In this document: one piece after another, positions 35,580 to 41,303 of the stretch
Position numbering within the stretch: position 1 is the stretch's first letter
Layout of the letters: every line of letters begins with the position of its first letter
Source: a virus
Lineage: Duplodnaviria; Caudoviricetes
DNA length: 41,303 bases
Strand: one strand, 5' to 3'
Virus record (IMG/VR): IMGVR_UViG_3300035494_000238
Location: 1 to 41,303 of that record
Made by a program: the position numbers and the translations under genes
Notes under the pieces: model-generated
The model's database searches: none
Seen by the model: the letters and a program-made list of their open reading frames with translations, nothing else
What the model was told of the DNA's origin: nothing

Positions 35580-35822
35580 ATGCCGGAATTGAGAATCACC
35601 GCTGAACAGGATTGGGTTAAGGCCAGCGAATTGTCGTGTATATTCCAAAGCCAAACGCGTGCGTCGGTTTTTTTTAAACTGTCGGCGGACGCGCCCACCG
35701 ATGACATCGGGCTAAAACTTAATCCTTATGAGTTTAATTATTTCGAGGCCAGCGCGGGTAAGAGCCTATGGGTTAAAACCCAGTGCGGCGAAGCGGTGGT
35801 GTACATTGAACACGAAGGGTAG
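35580..35822 (+). CDS. Small virion-associated protein
   Basis: AAGGAG SD; beta-rich 80 aa. Confidence 0.6.
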   Translation: MPELRITAEQDWVKASELSCIFQSQTRASVFFKLSADAPTDDIGLKLNPYEFNYFEASAGKSLWVKTQCGEAVVYIEHEG

Positions 35823-35824
35823 CC

Positions 35825-36985
35825 ATGAGTAGAGGATTCGATAACCGAAAGCCAATCGGAGGCAGTGGGGATGTTATCGTTGAGCCTTATCAACAGGTCT
35901 CGCAATTTGACGCGCTCCCTGATGCGGCCAGCTTCGCCGGGAGAATTGTGGTTGTGCAAAACGCAACCGGCGCGTGGTTGCTCGGTACGAGAAAAAAAGC
36001 CGGACTATACCGCTCCGACGGTAATGCTTGGATTTACCTCGGCTCACAAGTCACTATCGACGACACCGAGGCCTCGACCGAAAAAACCTATTCGAGCGCC
36101 AAAATAGCCCAACTCGCCTCCGGCGCGGCGGGTGCGTCATTGAGTGCGCCCATCACCGCGTTAGTCGGCGCAGGATCAATCGCGGCGGGGGACACGCTGG
36201 ACGCAGGTACGGATTTCGAGGGGTTTGTGCGCCGCTTAGTGCTTAAAACGTTTTATCCCACCTTCGTTAATCCTAGCGCGACGCTAAACGTCAATCTTGG
36301 CACAAACGTAGAGGCGGGGACGATAGCAACTATCACCCTGTCCGTCGCGTTTAACCTCGGTCAAATCCGTGGCGCGCTGGTCGGTGGATTGTGGAGCGAC
36401 ACCGCTATCCAAGCCCCGCGTGCGGGTGCGGCCACGGCCTACACAATAGACGGCACAGCAAACGGCACCAACAACAGCCTAAGCCGCGCAGACTATCAAG
36501 TGATAGACGGCGCAAACACCTGGTCGGCCTCGGTTGACTACGCCCAAGGCGCGCAACCGCTTGACTCGGACGGTCAACCGTTTGGCACACCGCTGGCGGC
36601 GGGGATGATTAACGCAAATCGCACGATTCAAGGGCGGCGCAATGCGTTTTATGGCACGTCCAGCGTCACCGCTACGCCTTACAGTCACAGCGCCCAAATC
36701 CGTGACATGGCGGGTAAGCTACTCAATCCCGCCAACGGTTCGTCGTTTACGCTGGCGATTCCGGCGGGTGCGACATTAGTCTGCTTTGCCTACCCCGCAA
36801 CCCTGCGCGATGTGTCCAGCGTGACCTACGTCGAGGGCTTGGGTGCGCAAGTTAAGGGCGTTTTTAATAAGTCCAGCGTCCAAGTCAGTGGCGCGAATAA
36901 CTACGCCCCGATTGAGTATAAAGTGTTTAGCTTTGTCCCCGCCGAAGCCTTTAGTCAAGCCGCAACCTACGAGGTGACGATATGA
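35825..36985 (+). CDS. Tail fibre/appendage protein
   Basis: IDD....TEKTYSSAKI linker; beta-rich, Thr/Gly/Ala-rich body. Confidence 0.6.
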   Translation: MSRGFDNRKPIGGSGDVIVEPYQQVSQFDALPDAASFAGRIVVVQNATGAWLLGTRKKAGLYRSDGNAWIYLGSQVTIDDTEASTEKTYSSAKIAQLASGAAGASLSAPITALVGAGSIAAGDTLDAGTDFEGFVRRLVLKTFYPTFVNPSATLNVNLGTNVEAGTIATITLSVAFNLGQIRGALVGGLWSDTAIQAPRAGAATAYTIDGTANGTNNSLSRADYQVIDGANTWSASVDYAQGAQPLDSDGQPFGTPLAAGMINANRTIQGRRNAFYGTSSVTATPYSHSAQIRDMAGKLLNPANGSSFTLAIPAGATLVCFAYPATLRDVSSVTYVEGLGAQVKGVFNKSSVQVSGANNYAPIEYKVFSFVPAEAFSQAATYEVTI

Positions 36986-37497
36986 GCGAAATGCTTTTTC
37001 CGTTGCGCATCAAGCGGCAATTTGCAGGGGCGCTAGACCCCGATATGACATTTGAGACCGACGCACAACTGCAAGCCTACCTAGCCAGCCCCATCCGCTA
37101 CGCAGGCCAAATCGCAACCTGCCAAGCGCACGAAGGCGCGTTGTTTATCCTGTCCAACGACCTCAGCGCATGGCTACCGGTGAGTGGATCGGGCGGGGGC
37201 GGGGCGGTAAACATCGTCGCCGCTGAAACCCCACCCAATCCGACCACCGCCCCACTGTGGTTTAACACCTTGGATGGCGGCATGTACTACGCGTATGACG
37301 ACGGCGAAAGCGTGCAATACGTCTCGATTGGCGGCGGCGGTTCAAGCGGCGGCGGGGAAGGCGCAAGCGTTTTTGTACAAGAGTCCGAGCCGCTTGTCGC
37401 GGCGGCGGGTTCGATTTGGTTTAACCCGACCACCAAACAAGTCAAGTTTTACACCACCGAATTTAACGCCGTCACCACCGACGGCGGTCATTTTTAA
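36982..37497 (+). CDS. Modular fibre adaptor protein
   Basis: Gly linkers separating two P..(L/I)WFN modules; ends DGGHF. Confidence 0.6.
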   Translation: MSEMLFPLRIKRQFAGALDPDMTFETDAQLQAYLASPIRYAGQIATCQAHEGALFILSNDLSAWLPVSGSGGGGAVNIVAAETPPNPTTAPLWFNTLDGGMYYAYDDGESVQYVSIGGGGSSGGGEGASVFVQESEPLVAAAGSIWFNPTTKQVKFYTTEFNAVTTDGGHF

Positions 37498-37511
37498 AAG
37501 GAGATAAAAAA

Positions 37512-37982
37512 ATGGCAGACCTAATCAAAATCAAACGCAGTGCCACCACCGCCACCCCGCCGAACCTAGCCCCCGGCGAACTCGCGTATTCGGAGCAATC
37601 CGGTCTATTGTTTTACGGACGTATCTCGGACGGTGCGCCCGTCGCTATCGGGGGTAAGGCTTTAAAAGACAAATTAGACAACTTGGCCGCGACGGACATT
37701 TCAAACTTCACCGCCGCCGTTGAAACGATTATCGGCAACGCGGTGCTATCCGACCTCGCCGATGTGGACGTTACCGGCTTGTCAGATGGTCAAGTTTTAG
37801 TGTGGGACGCGGCGAACAGCGTATGGAAAGCGGCGGCTATCCCGGGCGGCGGCGCGACCACATTCACCGGCCTAAACGACACCCCGGCGGCCTACGGCGG
37901 CGCGGCGGGATTTTTTGTGCGCGTCAATGCGGCGGGTAACGGACTGGAGTACGTAGAGGGCATCGACGGAGGCGCGTTTTAA
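37512..37982 (+). CDS. Fibre connector protein
   Basis: N-terminal IKIKRS...P..L..GELA, LSDLADV...GQVLVWD repeat, ends IDGGAF. Confidence 0.65.
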   Translation: MADLIKIKRSATTATPPNLAPGELAYSEQSGLLFYGRISDGAPVAIGGKALKDKLDNLAATDISNFTAAVETIIGNAVLSDLADVDVTGLSDGQVLVWDAANSVWKAAAIPGGGATTFTGLNDTPAAYGGAAGFFVRVNAAGNGLEYVEGIDGGAF

Positions 37983-39299
37983 ATGAGCGACATCATCCGT
38001 TTTAAACGCTCATCGGTAGCGGGTAAAGTGCCGCTTGCGGCGGATTTAACGGACGGCGAACTCGCGCTTAATACCGCTGATAAAAAGATTTTTGGCAAAG
38101 ACGCACAAGGCAATGTGGTCGAATACGGCGGCGGCGGGGCGGGATTGACACCCGAAAAAGAAGCCGAACTCAAAAGTCGATACTACCACACAGGCACGCA
38201 GCCGATCGAGTCAATAGCAGGCCTGGTCGCGCAACTGGCGGCGAAAGCGGACATCAACACGGTTTATGCCGCCCCGATTCAAAGCGCGTACACCGTGCGA
38301 GAGCGCGGGATGGCCGCTGGCGAAAGCGTCGTGTACCCTTTAGCTAATCCACAAGTCAGCTTTGGATTTTTAGCGTTCGCCATGCGCCGCATCGACAATC
38401 CGCCGCCGCTGGTGCTTGCGCCTGACGCGCTGGGGATTGGTTCGGGGCGGTTTGAGTACAACCCCGGCTTGTATTTTGGCGCGCAAATCCGCACTAATTC
38501 GGGTGCGTTAAGTTACGCATACCACACCAACTCAAACACCGAGAACAATCAGCTTATCGCGGCCAGCTCGGTGTACACCGCCGGATACCAGCCTTATCTC
38601 GCTTTCAAGGCGGGCGCACCGGCATCAAACGCTGATTGCTGGGCATCTCTTGGCCGCCCCACAGTCGCCAATCCGCAATGGATTAGCATCAAGTTTAACA
38701 ACCGAAAAACCGTCGCGTCTTATCAATTTCAAAACCGTGTATCTACCAACAATCCGCCCGGCGATTGGACGTTTCAAGGGCGTAACGGCGGCGGCGAATG
38801 GGTGGATTTGCATAGCGTTAGCGGATACAGCGACTACGGCGCAAACGTCATGTCGCCGCTGTATGAGATAGCCGAACCCGATGCGTATGACGAATACCGA
38901 ATGCACATCACCACCACGCCCGGTACAGCGGCTTATTGCATCATCGCCCGGTTACGGATGTTTTCGCCAACAGGCAAAATGCTGGTCATCGGCGCGGACG
39001 ACCAAGCTTATGTCGCTAACAATGGCACGCTCACGCCCACCGCTTATCCGGCGGACGCGGCGGCATTAGACGCGGTCGGGACAACCGAGAGCGGACAACT
39101 GGCGCAAGCGCAAATCGACGCGATTAAACCCTATAAGGTCTTGACCAGTGGGCGCGTAAGTTTGGAAATTGAAACAGCCCCAACGCTACAGTATCAATCT
39201 CAATTTGATGTGCTGGTCGATTGGGCGGAGGAATACGTTAAATTCACCGCCCAGACCGCCGGGTATTACAAATTCTGCTATCAAGAGCCGGAGGCCTAA
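37983..39299 (+). CDS. Tail fibre/receptor-binding protein with discoidin (F5/8 type C)-like domain
   Basis: IRFKRSSVAGKVP..DL.DGELALNTAD N-terminus; CWAS...PQWISIKF...PGDWTFQG...EWVDL. Confidence 0.72.
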   Translation: MSDIIRFKRSSVAGKVPLAADLTDGELALNTADKKIFGKDAQGNVVEYGGGGAGLTPEKEAELKSRYYHTGTQPIESIAGLVAQLAAKADINTVYAAPIQSAYTVRERGMAAGESVVYPLANPQVSFGFLAFAMRRIDNPPPLVLAPDALGIGSGRFEYNPGLYFGAQIRTNSGALSYAYHTNSNTENNQLIAASSVYTAGYQPYLAFKAGAPASNADCWASLGRPTVANPQWISIKFNNRKTVASYQFQNRVSTNNPPGDWTFQGRNGGGEWVDLHSVSGYSDYGANVMSPLYEIAEPDAYDEYRMHITTTPGTAAYCIIARLRMFSPTGKMLVIGADDQAYVANNGTLTPTAYPADAAALDAVGTTESGQLAQAQIDAIKPYKVLTSGRVSLEIETAPTLQYQSQFDVLVDWAEEYVKFTAQTAGYYKFCYQEPEA

Positions 39300-39301
39300 G
39301 C

Positions 39302-40255
39302 ATGGCGATTAGCTTCCCAAACAACCCGGCGCTAGGCGAAACCTACCTCGCCGCGAACGGCGTGACTTATGAATGGCTAGGCTATTGGCGCGCTCAAAGC
39401 ACCGGCGGCGCGGGCTTAACGGCCGAAAAAGAGGCTGAAATTTTTACGGCGATTGGCGAAAAAATCCCGTTGACGCAAAAAGGGACGGCCAACGGCGTGT
39501 GTCCGCTTGACTCAAATAGTCGCGTGCCGCTAAGCGCAATGCCCGAAGACTTTGACGTGCCAACGGTGACCGCGAATTTTGAAGTCACCGTTGGCACAGG
39601 CGGCGACTACGCCACCATTAATCAAGCCCTTTCCGCGTTATCAGAGCGTCGCCCAGCGTACAACTACGAAGGCATTAAAGCGACGGTGCGACTGCTATCC
39701 GGTTTTTATATGCGCGAACAAGTGTTTGTGCATGGGCTGGACATGGCATGGGTGACGATTGTCGGCGACGATCCGATTACCATGGTCGAACGCGCGAAAA
39801 TCACCAGCGTGTTTACCGCCGAATACGGCTCAAATCTACGCGCCATTTTTGGTGTAAAAAACGGCGGAAAATTGCCCGTTATACAGCAACTGTTCGAAGT
39901 GGATAATTCGTCCTCTGTCACGACCTACGGCGTTTTGGCGATTGGCGCGGCATCCTCCGCGTCGGTCTTATCGGGCTTCGGCGTGCGTAAAGCCGGTATC
40001 GGCGCGTGCGCCTACGATGCGGCGGTGTTACAAATTCGCGGCGCTGATTTTACCGGATCGCTTAATCGCGGTGCATCCGCCCAATTCGGCGGCATCATCA
40101 ATGCCTATGGAGCGAAATTACGCATGGTCGAAGGGGTGGATGGCAGTAACGACATCCGCGTCGATTCGGGCGGTATTATCAGTTGTCGGACGGCAGAGGG
40201 TGGCACAAACACCCCGCCAAACCAAGTCAATTTTAACGGGATTATTTTTCAATGA
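39302..40255 (+). CDS. Tail spike/fibre protein with probable beta-helix C-terminus
   Basis: KGTANGVCPLD linker; VTVGTGGDYATINQAL; ends NGIIFQ. Confidence 0.68.
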   Translation: MAISFPNNPALGETYLAANGVTYEWLGYWRAQSTGGAGLTAEKEAEIFTAIGEKIPLTQKGTANGVCPLDSNSRVPLSAMPEDFDVPTVTANFEVTVGTGGDYATINQALSALSERRPAYNYEGIKATVRLLSGFYMREQVFVHGLDMAWVTIVGDDPITMVERAKITSVFTAEYGSNLRAIFGVKNGGKLPVIQQLFEVDNSSSVTTYGVLAIGAASSASVLSGFGVRKAGIGACAYDAAVLQIRGADFTGSLNRGASAQFGGIINAYGAKLRMVEGVDGSNDIRVDSGGIISCRTAEGGTNTPPNQVNFNGIIFQ

Positions 40256-41303
40256 GCGATTCGTTGGCTTTTCTTAAAACCACGTCTTGCGGTTTTAAGT
40301 GCGTGTACCGGCTCAGGGTTTGCCAGCTTTCGTGCAAGGTGAATTGCTGTACCTCTACAATGCTATAACCCGCTTCAAACAGTCTGCTTGTTGCTTCGTG
40401 GCGCAAGTCGTGAAAGCGCAAGCCTTCAATCTCTAATATCTTACATGCCCGTGTAAACGTGGTGCTAATGGTGCGATGTTCACGCGGGAAAATGCGCGCG
40501 TCTGTTTTTGGTTGTCGCTGGATAATTTCCAGCGCTTTTTGTGTCAGCTTAGCGGTTTTTGTGTAGCCGCGCAAAGTAGGGTGCTTTAAATCGCGCACTT
40601 TGATAGTGTGTGTCGCCTCGTCCAAATCATCCCATCTTAATCGGGTAATCTCCGCCTGCCGTCTGGCGCTATGCAGCGCGAACTCGACAATATCGGCCAT
40701 CCAGTGCGGCTTTTCTCTAAAATAATCAATCAATTTTATCACTTCATCGTCAGTTAGTCGGCGATCCCGGCGATCAGGCCTGCCAATCAAGTTGTTTGCC
40801 TGCGCTTTTTCGCGTGCCCTTAAAATCTCGGTCAAATTAACCGGTATGTCAAGCATGGATTCAGCATAACGCATCACCGAGCCGATATAAGCAAAGTCGT
40901 TATTTACTGTTTGAGGTTTGGCTTTGTCGTGGATTATCCGGTGCTTGAGGTGGGCGATAATATCTTTATGGGTAATCGCGCTCACGTCTTTGTCGGCAAT
41001 CGGCTGACGCATTAAAAACTCAATCGTGGTGCGCTTGGTACGCTTGAGTGCATCTTGAGATTCCAAATATTTGATGTAACGCTCCGCAACCCCTTTAAAT
41101 TTAATACTTTTGACAACATGACCGACCTCGGCAAAATTTTGCTCAATCTCATTTTCCCTGCGCTTTGCCCAAGTTTTTGCTAAACTCTCACGACTGAATG
41201 ATTTGGATTCGCGGTGAATAACCACACCATCTTTTTTAATCAGTATGCGCGCGCGATAAGCAACTGTGCCATCCGCTTTGGTGCGTTTTTCGATTGTCGC
41301 CAT
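40242..41303 (-). CDS. int: Tyrosine recombinase/integrase
   Basis: SARRQAEI (R), FHDLRHEA (HxxR), TLH, RYTH (Y); N-terminal MATIEKR...YRARI arm domain. Confidence 0.95.
   Translation of the reverse strand: MATIEKRTKADGTVAYRARILIKKDGVVIHRESKSFSRESLAKTWAKRRENEIEQNFAEVGHVVKSIKFKGVAERYIKYLESQDALKRTKRTTIEFLMRQPIADKDVSAITHKDIIAHLKHRIIHDKAKPQTVNNDFAYIGSVMRYAESMLDIPVNLTEILRAREKAQANNLIGRPDRRDRRLTDDEVIKLIDYFREKPHWMADIVEFALHSARRQAEITRLRWDDLDEATHTIKVRDLKHPTLRGYTKTAKLTQKALEIIQRQPKTDARIFPREHRTISTTFTRACKILEIEGLRFHDLRHEATSRLFEAGYSIVEVQQFTLHESWQTLSRYTHLKPQDVVLRKANESLIEK

Larger units (their letters stand above)
1..41303. mobile_element. Temperate phage/prophage genome; lambdoid early region with Mu-like head module and siphovirus-type tail
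   Basis: Full ordered module set (xis-like, recombination, immunity, replication, lysis, packaging, head, tail, integrase); no host housekeeping genes; no transposase or tail sheath recognised. Confidence 0.95.

Noticed and set aside
37983-40255. Diversity-generating retroelement
   Set aside because: No reverse transcriptase gene and no TR/VR repeat pair differing at adenines seen
35825-41303. Shufflon or invertible tail-fibre cassette driven by the Rci-like recombinase
   Set aside because: All fibre genes are complete and on one strand; no inverted partial cassettes or repeated crossover sites seen; the phage has no other integrase
1-41303. tRNA, rRNA or other structured RNA genes
   Set aside because: None recognised by eye and intergenic gaps are small; a covariance-model scan was not possible

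Overview
The window is essentially one complete temperate phage or prophage genome (about 41 kb), probably a long-tailed siphovirus of a Gammaproteobacterium (inferred from gene families). A lambdoid left half carries a PrtN/Xis-like gene, RecT plus YqaJ recombination genes, a cI/cro switch with five TACAC-N5-GTGTA-type operators, O/P-like replication genes with iterons and a resolvase. It is joined to Mu-like late control and head genes (Mor/C activator, DUF935 portal, MuF, protease/scaffold, gp36/gpG/gp37-like proteins), a non-contractile tail with a -1 frameshifted chaperone, a long modular tail-tip/fibre region and a terminal tyrosine integrase. Main points of interest: (i) an AT-rich cargo block between OL and OR in which the repressor leads an apparent GNAT - ImmA/IrrE peptidase - Beta-protein operon converging on an sce7726-like nuclease gene, a candidate new defence or toxin-antitoxin system; (ii) a MuF head protein fused to a phosphoribosyltransferase domain with an overprinted small ORF as candidate immunity gene; (iii) a late-promoter motif GGAAAT-N5-GCATTA-N20-[-10] in front of three late operons; (iv) two cargo genes each broken by a single in-frame stop; (v) a GAF-like membrane protein and a DUF5675 putative endolysin in the lysis cassette. 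All family calls are from motif recognition, not database searches.
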